This document shows, piece after piece, positions 20,522 through 29,949 of a stretch of DNA of 42,308 bases. Made by a program: the position numbers and the translations under genes. Source of the DNA: Nitrospinota bacterium. GTDB lineage: Bacteria > JADFOP01. The notes below the pieces were generated by a model, which saw only the letters and a program-made list of their open reading frames with translations, was not told where the DNA came from and made no database searches. Positions within the stretch are counted from its first letter, which is position 1; every line of letters begins with the position of its first letter. Location: contig JADFOP010000015.1 of NCBI GenBank assembly GCA_022562795.1, positions 1 to 42,308 of the forward strand, given 5' to 3'.

Positions 20522-21466
20522 TTACCATCCTCCCTTCAGCCAGCTAACCTGGCGGGCCAGGCCTTCTTCGAGCTCGAAAGTGGGCTTCCAGCCCAACTCC
20601 TCGCGGGCCCGCGTGGTTTCGGCGACCGTGTGACGCATATCCCCGAGCTGAACCGCTTCGTATTGCAGGGTGGGGGTTACGCCGGACGCTCGGGCCAGGA
20701 TCTCAATGGTGTCGTTGATGGTTACCCGGGCTCCTCCCCCCACGTTATAGACCATCCCGGGCCTGCCCCGCTCGACCGCTGCCAGCGTGGCCTCCACAGC
20801 ATCGGTCACATAGGTGAAATCTCGGGTCTGCTCGCCGTCGCCGAAGATGTGAATCGGCGCGCCGTCGAGCATAGCCCGTATGAAGCGGTGGAAGGCCATA
20901 TCGGGCCGCTGGCGGGGGCCGAAGACCGTGAAGTACCGAAGGGCCACAGTGGGCACCCCGTACGACTTCTCGTACAGGTAACAGAGGGCTTCGCAGGCGA
21001 GCTTCGTCACCCCGTAGGGAGAGATGGGCCGGGTGGGGCCGTCCTCCCGCATGGGGAGAGTCTCCACATCGCCGTAGACCGAGGAGGAGGAGGCAACGAT
21101 AAAGGCCTTCAGGGGATGCGGGCTGAGGGCTGCTGCCTCCAGCAGGCGCTGGGTGGCATCGATGTTGTTCGCCGTGTAGAGGTGAAAATCCTCCCCCCAG
21201 CTTGCGCGCACTCCAGCCTGGGCCGCCAGGTGGAATACCACGTCTACGCCCTCAAGGAGCCGCCCGCCGTCTGCTTCCACTAGGTCCGCCTCGAGGAAGG
21301 TGAAGGCGGGATGGTCGAGGGGCCCCTCGATGTTCTTTTCCTTAACGCTCCGGGGGTAGTAGTCGAGGAAGTTATCGACGCCCCGGACGGTCCAGCCCCG
21401 CTGAAGGAGCCGTTCAGTGAGGTGAGAGCCTATGAAGCCGGCTGCACCGGTCACAAGCGCGTGCAT
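20522..21466 (-). CDS. NAD-dependent nucleotide-sugar epimerase, UDP-glucuronate 4-epimerase-like
   Basis: GAAGFIG, HLAAQAGVR, ASSSSVYG, YGVTK, RYFTVFGPRQRPDMA. AAGGAG precedes ATG 21466. Confidence 0.85.
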   Translation of the reverse strand: MHALVTGAAGFIGSHLTERLLQRGWTVRGVDNFLDYYPRSVKEKNIEGPLDHPAFTFLEADLVEADGGRLLEGVDVVFHLAAQAGVRASWGEDFHLYTANNIDATQRLLEAAALSPHPLKAFIVASSSSVYGDVETLPMREDGPTRPISPYGVTKLACEALCYLYEKSYGVPTVALRYFTVFGPRQRPDMAFHRFIRAMLDGAPIHIFGDGEQTRDFTYVTDAVEATLAAVERGRPGMVYNVGGGARVTINDTIEILARASGVTPTLQYEAVQLGDMRHTVAETTRAREELGWKPTFELEEGLARQVSWLKGGW

Positions 21467-21647
21467 GATCTCCCGCTCCTTAATGTGGGCAGGCCTGGGG
21501 CAAACCGCCGTCTTTCTACCACACCAATCAAGTCCTGTAAAGGCATGCGACCAAAGGGCCTCAGCCGCCTGGACTCTCGTCAAGTTCCCTAATCACGCCC
21601 GGGCTGCATCTCCGAACTACAATCGGAGGCTCCACGCTCAACACCCC

Positions 21648-22487
21648 CTAGAGCCGCCGAACGTTGAGCACCGTCTGGATCATACCGACCTCGCCCATCA
21701 CCTGCTCCAGCTGCTTCAGGTCTCCGACCTCAATGGCCAAGTGGATATGGGCCCGCTGGTCGCCGCTCGTCAGTACACTGCATTCGGCGATGTTGACCTT
21801 GGAGTCGGCGATGGCGTTTGTGACAGTGGCGAGCACCCCCGGCCGGTTGAGCGTCTCCACGAGGATACGAACAGTTTGAGGGTGCCTCCGCACCACGAAT
21901 CCCTCGACATCGATTTTCCGCTCGGTAAGCCACCAGCTAACGGCATCAGCGAGGTCTAGAGCTACATAGTTGGGCACCGGATTCCACGTCAGGCCCTTTT
22001 GCTCCTGTTCGCCCCGCCCGTAGCCGGTCAGCACGAGGATGCCCTCCATCTGCTCGGCCTTGGCCATGGCGACATCCTGATAGCGGTCGCTCACAAGTAC
22101 CGACCGGGTGAGATCTAGCTCGAGGTCGGCCGCCGCCTTGTGGAGCATCCCAGGCCGAGGTTTCCTCGCGTCGCACTCGACCCGATATTTTTCCACTTTC
22201 GCCTCTGGGTGGTGGGGGCAATAGTAAATTCGGTCGATTCGGGCACCGCTGGTGGCGATGGACTCCCTCAACTTCCTCTGGACGGACCGCAGGGTCTCCT
22301 CAGAAAAAATCCCATGGGCTAGGCCTGCCTGGTTGCTCACCACCACCACGGGGATGCGCGCTTCGTTGAGCCGACGGATGGCCTCCGCCGCGCCGGGAAG
22401 GATCCGGAAGCGGTCCACATGGTTGATGTAGCCCATCTCTTCGTTGATGACCCCATCGCGATCTATGAAAAAGGCCGGTCGGGTCAC
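21648..22487 (-). CDS. gmhB: D-glycero-D-manno-heptose 1,7-bisphosphate phosphatase (HAD IIIA) fused to a C-terminal ACT domain
   Basis: FIDRDGVIN, VSNQAG, YYCPHHP, RKPRPGM, VLTGYG; the last ~75 aa are ACT-like (NRPGVLATVTNAIADSKVNI). Confidence 0.88.
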   Translation of the reverse strand: MTRPAFFIDRDGVINEEMGYINHVDRFRILPGAAEAIRRLNEARIPVVVVSNQAGLAHGIFSEETLRSVQRKLRESIATSGARIDRIYYCPHHPEAKVEKYRVECDARKPRPGMLHKAAADLELDLTRSVLVSDRYQDVAMAKAEQMEGILVLTGYGRGEQEQKGLTWNPVPNYVALDLADAVSWWLTERKIDVEGFVVRRHPQTVRILVETLNRPGVLATVTNAIADSKVNIAECSVLTSGDQRAHIHLAIEVGDLKQLEQVMGEVGMIQTVLNVRRL

Positions 22488-23554
22488 GATCGCACCTCCC
22501 CTGATGCGGCCCGCCCCACCAGCACCTCTTCGGCGGCCGCGACCACCGCCTCAACCGAGACGCCCACGAGGCAGTCGTGCCCGATGGGACAGGTTTTAAG
22601 AAAACAGGGGGAGCAGTCCACCGGGTGGGTTACCACCTGATGACCCGCCCCGTAAGGGCCGGTCAGCCGAGGGTCGGTCGGGCCGAAGAGGGCCACGACG
22701 GGACAGCCGGCTGCGGCGGCCAGATGCATCGCACCAGAATCATTGGTCACGGCGATGCGGGCGCGGGCAAAGAGGGCGGCCACCGCCCGCAGCGACGGGA
22801 AGAAGGCCGCCGGCGCAGCCTCGTCCATGGCCCGCCGAACCGAATCGACGATCCCCTCCTCCCCTGGCCCGCCGACGATGACCGGCTCGAGGCCTAGGCG
22901 CGTCCTGAGCTCCCCACCGAGGGCGGCGAACCGCTCAGGCGCCCAGCGCTTGGTCGACCAGCGTCCTCCAGGGCTGAGGAGCGCCACGGGCCGGTGGGGA
23001 CCGAGGCCCGCCGCGTCGAGAAACCGGTCGGCCTCCTCGTAGTCGGCGGAAACGAGGCCCAGGGGGAAGGTCACCTCATGGGTCCTACCGGTGATCGCCT
23101 CAGCCACGAGCATGTAGCGGTCCACGGCGTGCATCGGCCCGTCGGGCACGGCAACCCGTCGGGTATAAAACCTGGGGGCTTGCTCCCGCCCGCTGGCGAA
23201 GCCGACCCGCTCAGCAGCGCCTGAGGCGAAGCCCAGCAGAGCGCTTCGCAACAGCCCCTGGAGGTCGACGACGAGCTCGAAGCGCCGACTTCTCAAGGTT
23301 CGAACGAGGCCTGCCACTTCTACGGCCGAGCGGGGCAGGCGTCGCAGGCGGCCCCAGGCGGCGCGGTCGAACAGTAACACCTCATCAAGCTGGGGGTGGC
23401 CGCCCAGAAGCGAGGCGTAAGCTGGAGCTACGACCCAGCTGATGAAGGCATCTGGGTAGGCCCGGCGCAGGGCCGCCAGCACCGGCAGGCTGTGGACGAC
23501 ATCGCCCAAGCTGGACGGCTTAATGATGCAGATGCGCTGGGGTCGTCGGGCCAT
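22484..23554 (-). CDS. waaC: GT9 heptosyltransferase, HepI (WaaC)-like
   Basis: IIKPSSLGDVVH...ISWVV, DLQGLLRSA, NDSGAMHLAAA, LFGPT. Confidence 0.7.
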   Translation of the reverse strand: MARRPQRICIIKPSSLGDVVHSLPVLAALRRAYPDAFISWVVAPAYASLLGGHPQLDEVLLFDRAAWGRLRRLPRSAVEVAGLVRTLRSRRFELVVDLQGLLRSALLGFASGAAERVGFASGREQAPRFYTRRVAVPDGPMHAVDRYMLVAEAITGRTHEVTFPLGLVSADYEEADRFLDAAGLGPHRPVALLSPGGRWSTKRWAPERFAALGGELRTRLGLEPVIVGGPGEEGIVDSVRRAMDEAAPAAFFPSLRAVAALFARARIAVTNDSGAMHLAAAAGCPVVALFGPTDPRLTGPYGAGHQVVTHPVDCSPCFLKTCPIGHDCLVGVSVEAVVAAAEEVLVGRAASGEVRS

Positions 23555-23564
23555 GGCGATGAAC

Positions 23565-24716
23565 TCAGGCCTCCTTGGCAGGGACGGGGGGAGTCGCTTG
23601 GGCCGCCCACAATAGGGGCGCCTCCATGCCGTCTACGGCGGCCAAAACATCCTCCACGGTCGTGTTAATGGCCTCTGGTCCACGCCGCAGGGCGACGTTC
23701 CCATCGCCCCAAGGGCGCCACTCCTCGGGCTCGGGCACCCCGAAGATGGCGATGGTCGGCACCCCCACGGCGCTCGCCGTGTGGACGGGGCCCCCCTCGG
23801 TGGTGATGAAGAGGCTACAGGCGGCCTGGACGGCGGCGAAGCGCTTTAGGGTCGAAGTGGGGTAGGCCAGCGACGGGGCGGCCATCGCCTGCCGGACCGC
23901 CTCCAGCCGCCACTCCTCTCCTGGCGGACATGTGAAGAGGACCTGGACTCCGTAGCGCTCCACGAGGCGGTCGGCGAGCTCGGCGAACCGCTCAGGCGGC
24001 CACCGGCTCTCCGGGATGCGTGAAAAGGTGTTGAGGCCCACCAGGGGCTTGTCCGCCTCGGCGTGCTCTACCAAAAAGGCGTCCACTGCGGCGCGGTCGG
24101 CCTCCGGTACGACGAAGGTGAGCCGCTTCTGCTGGCTATCGACGCCGATGGCTCGGACCACATCGAGGGTCCTCTCGACCTCGTGGCGCATGGTCCAGTC
24201 GGTCTTCACCGGAAGATTGTAATAGAAGGCGAGCTTTTGGTGCTTGGCGCCGTGGGGCGCGTTGCCCAGGCGAAAGGGGGCGCCGGAGGAGAAGACGAGC
24301 CAGCCAAGGGAGGGGGAGAAATAGGAGCGCAAGCCTACGGCCAGGTCAAATCCTTGGGCCCGGATGGCCTGAAGCACCCTCCACTGACGCCACCACGAGA
24401 CCGGCTTCGGAGTCTGCGGGTGGTGGCGCGCCTTCTCGTAGCAGTAAATCTCGTCCACGTGGGGGTTGCCCTCGATGGCCTCCCTGCTGTAGCCGGCCAC
24501 GAGGATCGCCACATAGGCTTCCGGGAACGCGAGGCGGACGGCCTCGATTGCGGGGGTCGAGCAGATGACATCGCCGATGTTGTCGTTTCTAACGAGGAGA
24601 ATCTTCTTAACGTCGGTGGGGTCGAAGATCCGTCGGCGCTCCCAGGGGCGGCGATGCACCACCAGTCCGAAAAGAACCGACAGCCAAGTGTTGGTAGGTT
24701 GCGTCTCCACGGTCAC
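23565..24716 (-). CDS. GT9 family glycosyltransferase
   Basis: LLVRNDNIGDVICSTP, RWPPERF, TEGGPVHTASAVG; no C-terminal Cys cluster. Confidence 0.88.
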   Translation of the reverse strand: MTVETQPTNTWLSVLFGLVVHRRPWERRRIFDPTDVKKILLVRNDNIGDVICSTPAIEAVRLAFPEAYVAILVAGYSREAIEGNPHVDEIYCYEKARHHPQTPKPVSWWRQWRVLQAIRAQGFDLAVGLRSYFSPSLGWLVFSSGAPFRLGNAPHGAKHQKLAFYYNLPVKTDWTMRHEVERTLDVVRAIGVDSQQKRLTFVVPEADRAAVDAFLVEHAEADKPLVGLNTFSRIPESRWPPERFAELADRLVERYGVQVLFTCPPGEEWRLEAVRQAMAAPSLAYPTSTLKRFAAVQAACSLFITTEGGPVHTASAVGVPTIAIFGVPEPEEWRPWGDGNVALRRGPEAINTTVEDVLAAVDGMEAPLLWAAQATPPVPAKEA

Positions 24717-24720
24717 TCCC

Positions 24721-25833
24721 TCACCGGTGGCTCTGAAGCGCCTGGAGGCGTTCCTCGACGGTGGCCATCACCATCTCGGGGGTTAGGGACGTCATGCATG
24801 TGTGTGGCACGCGGACCGCGCCCTCGGCGCACTCGGGGCAGGCCACGGAGGCCTTCAAGACGGTATGCCGCTCAAGGTCCTGATGGGGGCCGGTCACGCT
24901 TGGCTGGGTCGGACCCACCAGCATAATGGTGGGGATGCCGAGAGCCACCGCCAGGTGAAATGGGCCGCTATCGGTGGTTATGAATATGTCGCACCGCTCC
25001 ACGAGGGCCGCCGAGTGGGTGATGGAGCCCGCCCCAACGGCCATCGGGATCCGCGCAGGAAGCTTCGCCCGCCAGGCCTCGGCTTGGTCCCGCCTCTCGC
25101 TCCCCCCTACGACAAGCGGCCGTAGGCCCGGCTTCGCATCCAGCCGCGTAAGCAGATCGAGGGCGTGGCTCTCGGGCCACGCCTTCTCGGAACGGCTGGC
25201 GAATGGGTGGACGCCGATGACCATCTCCTGGGCCGGATCGATCTGATAATCGCGGAAGAGGCGCTCGGCGAAGTCCTGCTCCTCCGAGCCGAAGTGTATC
25301 TCCATGGCCACCCCGTCGGGGGGGATGCCCACGGCGGCGAGAATCCCCAACCGGCTCTCGATGGTATGGACGGGCGGGTCGGTGGGCCTCCGGTAGGTGT
25401 GGGTCAGCAAGAAGCCCATCTGGCTCTCGGCCCATCCGGCCCGAATGGGGGCCCCACTTAAGTAGACCAGGGGCACGATATCCGGGTCGTTGGCGTGGAG
25501 AATGATTACGAGGTCGAATCGCTCGGCCCTGAGCCTGCGCAGCAGCCCCCAGACGCCCTTGTACTTTCCAGGGTACTCGATGAGCTCATCCAGGTGGGGA
25601 TTGTGGCGGAGCACTTCAAGGCATCGGCGGTGTACGAGCGATACTAGGCGAGCCCTTGGATATGCGTTTCGGACTGCCCGGATGGCCGGGGTGGACAGCA
25701 TGGTATCGCCCAAAGCCGTCGTATTGACGAGGCAGATGTTGTTAACCTCCACCGTAGCCGCCTCAACGGGTGGACGCCGGTCCAAGGCCGCTATCAGCCT
25801 CATGACGGTACGATGGACCCTATAGCTAGGCAT
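24721..25833 (-). CDS. GT9 family glycosyltransferase
   Basis: TTALGDTMLSTPA, KAWP, TDSGPFHLAVALG. GAGGA precedes ATG 25833. Confidence 0.88.
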   Translation of the reverse strand: MPSYRVHRTVMRLIAALDRRPPVEAATVEVNNICLVNTTALGDTMLSTPAIRAVRNAYPRARLVSLVHRRCLEVLRHNPHLDELIEYPGKYKGVWGLLRRLRAERFDLVIILHANDPDIVPLVYLSGAPIRAGWAESQMGFLLTHTYRRPTDPPVHTIESRLGILAAVGIPPDGVAMEIHFGSEEQDFAERLFRDYQIDPAQEMVIGVHPFASRSEKAWPESHALDLLTRLDAKPGLRPLVVGGSERRDQAEAWRAKLPARIPMAVGAGSITHSAALVERCDIFITTDSGPFHLAVALGIPTIMLVGPTQPSVTGPHQDLERHTVLKASVACPECAEGAVRVPHTCMTSLTPEMVMATVEERLQALQSHR

Positions 25834-26263
25834 CGTTTCCTCGATCAGGCTGGGGTGTGGGCGGGTCGACCCGTCTAACGGCACTCCGAAGGACCACGAC
25901 TCCAACTAAGGCAATCCAGACCGCCTCGAGCCACACGCCGACCGCCAGCAGGATCAGCGCCGGGAGGGTCCACAGGGGCTTAGTCATGCTCCGCTTAAGG
26001 ACGCTCCAGGCCGGAGGGAAAATACTCCGCTCGCCCGCCCGCCGCTTCTCTTCGAGCAGCCAGGCTGCCGCCGTAAACGCCGCGCCCAACCCGAAGAAGG
26101 GGAAATATCGATATATAAGAGCCCCCAGATAGAAGGGCAGCGCCGTCACGAGACAGACCATCTCGATCGTCCGATCAGGCCAGTCACCTGCCCTTTGCAG
26201 CCACCCCCAAAGTCTCTCCTGCCAGTCCATCGCTTCTCCAGCGGCGTATGCTTCAGCGGTCAC
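25826..26263 (-). CDS. Hypothetical small membrane protein (about 4 TM); alternative start at 26230
   Basis: Fills the gap between two operon genes and overlaps both; hydrophobic, Trp-rich segments. Confidence 0.7.
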   Translation of the reverse strand: MTAEAYAAGEAMDWQERLWGWLQRAGDWPDRTIEMVCLVTALPFYLGALIYRYFPFFGLGAAFTAAAWLLEEKRRAGERSIFPPAWSVLKRSMTKPLWTLPALILLAVGVWLEAVWIALVGVVVLRSAVRRVDPPTPQPDRGNDA

Positions 26264-26880
26264 GGTTGACCATCCTCATCGAGGATACGGGTCTCCCCCG
26301 TAAAAGACTGGGCGAACCGCTCGGCGTCCTGACGGGTTCCAACGATATCGCCAAAATGGTAAGGGATCGCCACACGTGGCCGGAAGGTGTTGGCCGCCTC
26401 AGCCGCCTCCTCAGCGTCCATAGTGTAACGGCCGCCGACGGGCAACAACGCCACATCAATGGCCCCCAGCGCGGCCATCTCTTGGGTGAAGTCGGTATCG
26501 CCAGCGTAGTATAGCCTTTGGCCGTCCAGGGTGAGGACGAAGCCGACCATTAGGTCGCTTCGGGGGTGATGGGGGCGGGTTATGTTGTAAGCCGGCAGCA
26601 CTTCGATGGGGACACCCCGGACCGAGACCCGTGAGCCGGGGGCTACAGTCGTGACTTTGCCTGCAAGCTGATCGGCCACGTCGCGAGGGCAGACGACCTC
26701 AGTGGCCTCGCCCTGAATCGCGGCCACATCCTCGGCTGAGAAATGGTCGTAGTGGCTGTGGCTAATCAGGATAATGTCGGCCTCCTCGGTTGTCGTGAGC
26801 TTCCACGGGTCGATGTAGATGCGGGGCTCGCCGGAAATGAGAAAACTCGCGTGGCCGAGCCACCGTATCCGCTCCAGCAT
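26260..26880 (-). CDS. Metallo-beta-lactamase-fold hydrolase
   Basis: WLGHASF, YIDPW, SHSHYDH, YYAGDT, LPVGGRYTM, IPYH; GGAGGAGG RBS. Confidence 0.9.
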   Translation of the reverse strand: MLERIRWLGHASFLISGEPRIYIDPWKLTTTEEADIILISHSHYDHFSAEDVAAIQGEATEVVCPRDVADQLAGKVTTVAPGSRVSVRGVPIEVLPAYNITRPHHPRSDLMVGFVLTLDGQRLYYAGDTDFTQEMAALGAIDVALLPVGGRYTMDAEEAAEAANTFRPRVAIPYHFGDIVGTRQDAERFAQSFTGETRILDEDGQP

Positions 26881-26905
26881 TTCTCCTCCTCCGGCTCTGC
26901 CAGGC

Positions 26906-28066
26906 TCAGGCCGCCACCCGCCTGCCGTCTTTCCGTGCGATGACCTCCTCGTAGCAGACCAGCATCGCCCGGCGGTGCTGCTCCCAGTCGTAGGGTCCGA
27001 GCGTCCGGTCGGAGACCTTGAAGACGGACGCAGGCTCTAGGGCCAGGGCGCGCTCAACGGCATTAGCCACCTCAGCCCGGTCCAGGGGGTCGCGGACCAC
27101 CAGGCCGTTACCCCCCTCGACAATCGCCTCGATGGCCCCGTTGGCCGCGCTCGTCACCACCGGCAGCCCGCTTGAGAGCGCCTCTAGACAAGCGTTGCTG
27201 CATGGATCGTATAGTGTCGGCAGGCAGAAGAGATCGGCGGCTCCGTAGAGCGCCTCGACATCAGGCCGCTCGCCGAGAAACGCGACCCGCCCGGCTACGC
27301 CTCTCTCGGAGGCCACCCGTTGGTATGGTCCCGTCTCGCCGCGGCCGGCCACAGCCAGCCAGGCCTCAACGGCGCCGAGGTCGGCCACCGCGTGGATGGC
27401 AGCGGCGAGCCCCTTGCGCTTGAACCCGCCTCCAACGAATAGCACCAGGGGTGAGGAGGCTGGAACCCCAAGCTCCCGCCGGACCCGAGCTCTGAACCGC
27501 TCGCGGTTCGCCGGTTGAAATCGGTGGCGGTCCACACCTGTGTATATGACCCGCACGCGCTCGGGCGACACGCCGTAGTGGCGGAGAATCTCCTGGCGGC
27601 CCAGCTCGGCGTTGGCGATAATCATCGGGGTGGTCTTAAAGAGCTTCCGCTCGATGCTCAGGTAGTAGCGGTGGAGCGGGTTGGCGGCGATGCATAAATT
27701 TTTCAAGGGAGTCTCGGCCTTTGCCCGCTGGGCAAGCCACTCCCGGTGGCACCCATCGCCGGCCCGGTATATGTCCTGGCCGAGGGTGCGCTCGAAGCTG
27801 TGGACGATGTCGAACCTTTCGCGGTGCTTGAGCAAAAACCAGGAGACCGCACGGGCGAACCCCGCGGCGCGGATCAAAGAAAGCCCGCCAGGGCTTCGGA
27901 GCCGATAGGCGACGGCGCCGGGCGGCAGATCGGCCTCCTCGATGGTCCGGCCGATGAGGTGGACCTCGTGGCCCGCCTCCAGCAGTATTCGGGCCCATCC
28001 GAGGACCGTCCCTTCGGCGCCGCCTGCGCCTGCGCGGATGGTCTGGCGGATGAGGGCGACCTTCAT
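26906..28066 (-). CDS. GT4 LPS core glycosyltransferase, WabG/RfaG-like
   Basis: KVALIRQ...GGAEG, HSFERTLGQDIYRAGDGCHREWL, FKRKGL, PTLYDPCSNACLEAL. Confidence 0.85.
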   Translation of the reverse strand: MKVALIRQTIRAGAGGAEGTVLGWARILLEAGHEVHLIGRTIEEADLPPGAVAYRLRSPGGLSLIRAAGFARAVSWFLLKHRERFDIVHSFERTLGQDIYRAGDGCHREWLAQRAKAETPLKNLCIAANPLHRYYLSIERKLFKTTPMIIANAELGRQEILRHYGVSPERVRVIYTGVDRHRFQPANRERFRARVRRELGVPASSPLVLFVGGGFKRKGLAAAIHAVADLGAVEAWLAVAGRGETGPYQRVASERGVAGRVAFLGERPDVEALYGAADLFCLPTLYDPCSNACLEALSSGLPVVTSAANGAIEAIVEGGNGLVVRDPLDRAEVANAVERALALEPASVFKVSDRTLGPYDWEQHRRAMLVCYEEVIARKDGRRVAA

Positions 28067-28085
28067 GGACGTGTCTCCGGCGGTC

Positions 28086-29186
28086 TTAGGCAAGCGACCG
28101 GTCATGTCGGAGGACCTGGTCCAAGGCCTCGTCAACCTGCGGGATGACCTCCTCGGGGGTCAGGTCCTCGAGACAGTCGCTCCGCTTCGAGCCCCCACAG
28201 CCGTCCTGGCCGCAGGGCTGGCAGGCGTAGCCCTTGGTGATGACCCGGTGGCCCCTGCCCCATGGGGCCGTGTTGAGAGGCCCGGTGGGCCCGAAGATGG
28301 CGACCACGGGTGTACCCACGGCCGCCGCGATGTGCATCGGAGCCGTATCCCCGCTTACGAATAGCGTCGCCCTGGCGCTGATGGCGGCGAGCTGCTTAAG
28401 GGTCGTCCGGCCGACGAAGGATACGGGGCTCGTGTTGGTCCGGGCAAGAATCTGAGCGCAAAGGACCTTCTCGCGGTCGGCCGGCCCGCAGGTTACGGCC
28501 ACGGCGCAGCCCCGCCCGGCCTGGAGGTGGTCGATGAGCCGGGCCATCCCTTCGACCGTCCAGCATTTGAATATCCAGCTACAGGTGGTGTGAACATGGA
28601 CCAGGGGGACCTCACCGTCGACCCCGGCCTTGGCCAAGAAGCTATCTACGGCGGCGACGTCTTCGTGGCCGTAGGGTATCTCGAGAGCCAGATTGGACGT
28701 CTTCATTCCGAGGGCTCGGACGATGGAGAGGTTGTGCTCCACGTAGTGATCCTGCGGGTGGGGCGAAGGGGCCAGGTGGGTGAAAAGGAAGCGCTTGCCG
28801 GGAAACCCGCGGCCCTCGGGGTCTACTCCGGCCCTAAAGCGCGCCCCGCTGAGGAGCGCCGCAATAGCCCCCCGGTCGCCCTTGGTCATCTGAATAACCA
28901 AGTCGAATCGCCTCCTCCGCAGCTCCTTGAGGAAGGCGAGCTGGCGGGCGGCCCGCTGCCACAAACGCCCCCGCTTGGAGCGGCGGTCGAAGACGATAAC
29001 CTCATCAATCCAGTCGAGGCCTTCCAGCACGGCCTCGGTGCCGCTGTTGACGAGCACAGCTAGGTAGGCCTCGGGGTAGGTGTCCCGAATGGCCCGCAGG
29101 GCCGGCACGGTCATCACCACGTCCCCGATTTTTTTTAACTTAACGGCCAGAATGCGCCGGATTCGCTCGGTGGGCAGTGGCTTCAT
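28086..29186 (-). CDS. waaQ: GT9 heptosyltransferase III-like
   Basis: KLKKIGDVVMTVP, SWIFKCW, GDTAPMHIAAAVGTP, CQPCGQDGCGGSKRSDCL. Confidence 0.75.
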   Translation of the reverse strand: MKPLPTERIRRILAVKLKKIGDVVMTVPALRAIRDTYPEAYLAVLVNSGTEAVLEGLDWIDEVIVFDRRSKRGRLWQRAARQLAFLKELRRRRFDLVIQMTKGDRGAIAALLSGARFRAGVDPEGRGFPGKRFLFTHLAPSPHPQDHYVEHNLSIVRALGMKTSNLALEIPYGHEDVAAVDSFLAKAGVDGEVPLVHVHTTCSWIFKCWTVEGMARLIDHLQAGRGCAVAVTCGPADREKVLCAQILARTNTSPVSFVGRTTLKQLAAISARATLFVSGDTAPMHIAAAVGTPVVAIFGPTGPLNTAPWGRGHRVITKGYACQPCGQDGCGGSKRSDCLEDLTPEEVIPQVDEALDQVLRHDRSLA

Positions 29187-29938
29187 CGCTGGTTCATCTC
29201 CCGGAGCTTGGCGTACTTGACGTACGTGTAGATGGCGTAGAGCCCGGAGAGGGTAAGGCCGAAGGAGCCCTCCAGGAAGCCCTTCCTAAGCAGGTACATC
29301 TTGAAGAACGTGAACGGGGGCCGAAAGGCCAGGTCGGCGAGACTGCCCCGCCGGCCGGCCCGGAAGTCCTCCTCTGCGGCCAGGGTGGTGTAGCGGTCGA
29401 GCCGCTCCATGAAGTCGCCGATCGAGGCGTAGGTGTAGTGCTCGATGGGGTGCTGCAGGCGCTCCGACCGGGCGTGGCCTGTGAGCTCCACCGCCTCGTG
29501 GACGGCCCGCTCGTTGAACCAGCCCGCCCCTTTCCGAAATAGACGGAGGGTGTAGTCTGGATACCATCCGCAATGGCGCACCCAGCGGTCGCCAAAGTAA
29601 TTGCGCCTGGCCACGTAGTAGCCGGCCGGTTGAGGCTCATCGGCGGCCGTGATGGCCTCGATCTCGGCCCTTAGAGCCGGCGTGATGCGCTCGTCGGCGT
29701 CGAGGTTGAAGATCCACGGCCCCTTGGCCTGCTCGATGGCGAAATTCTTCTGCCGACCGAACCCCCGCCACGACTCCTGGATAACCCGGCCGGTGTGCTC
29801 CCGACAGATCTCCACCGTCCGGTCGGTGCTGAATGAATCCACGACCACAATCTCGTCGGCGAAGGCGCAGCTCGCAAGACAGTCGTGGATGTTGGCTTCC
29901 TCGTTCCGGGTAATAATTACAACCGAGAGGGACGCCAC
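29183..29938 (-). CDS. GT2 LPS core beta-1,4-glucosyltransferase (WaaE/KdtX/LgtF-like)
   Basis: SVVIITRNEE, VVDSFSTDRT, WRGFGRQKNFA, LDADE, GWYPDYTLRLF, VHE. Confidence 0.87.
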   Translation of the reverse strand: MASLSVVIITRNEEANIHDCLASCAFADEIVVVDSFSTDRTVEICREHTGRVIQESWRGFGRQKNFAIEQAKGPWIFNLDADERITPALRAEIEAITAADEPQPAGYYVARRNYFGDRWVRHCGWYPDYTLRLFRKGAGWFNERAVHEAVELTGHARSERLQHPIEHYTYASIGDFMERLDRYTTLAAEEDFRAGRRGSLADLAFRPPFTFFKMYLLRKGFLEGSFGLTLSGLYAIYTYVKYAKLREMNQR

Positions 29939-29949
29939 GGGGGGTCTCC

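Noticed and set aside
20522-21466. Calling the epimerase hldD (ADP-heptose epimerase) because it follows gmhB
   Set aside because: The AQAGVR and RPDMA motifs fit the UDP-glucuronate epimerase subgroup, not HldD.
21593-21640. CTCCGA/TCGGAG hairpin after gmhB as a terminator
   Set aside because: Only 6 bp with no U-tract; too weak to call.
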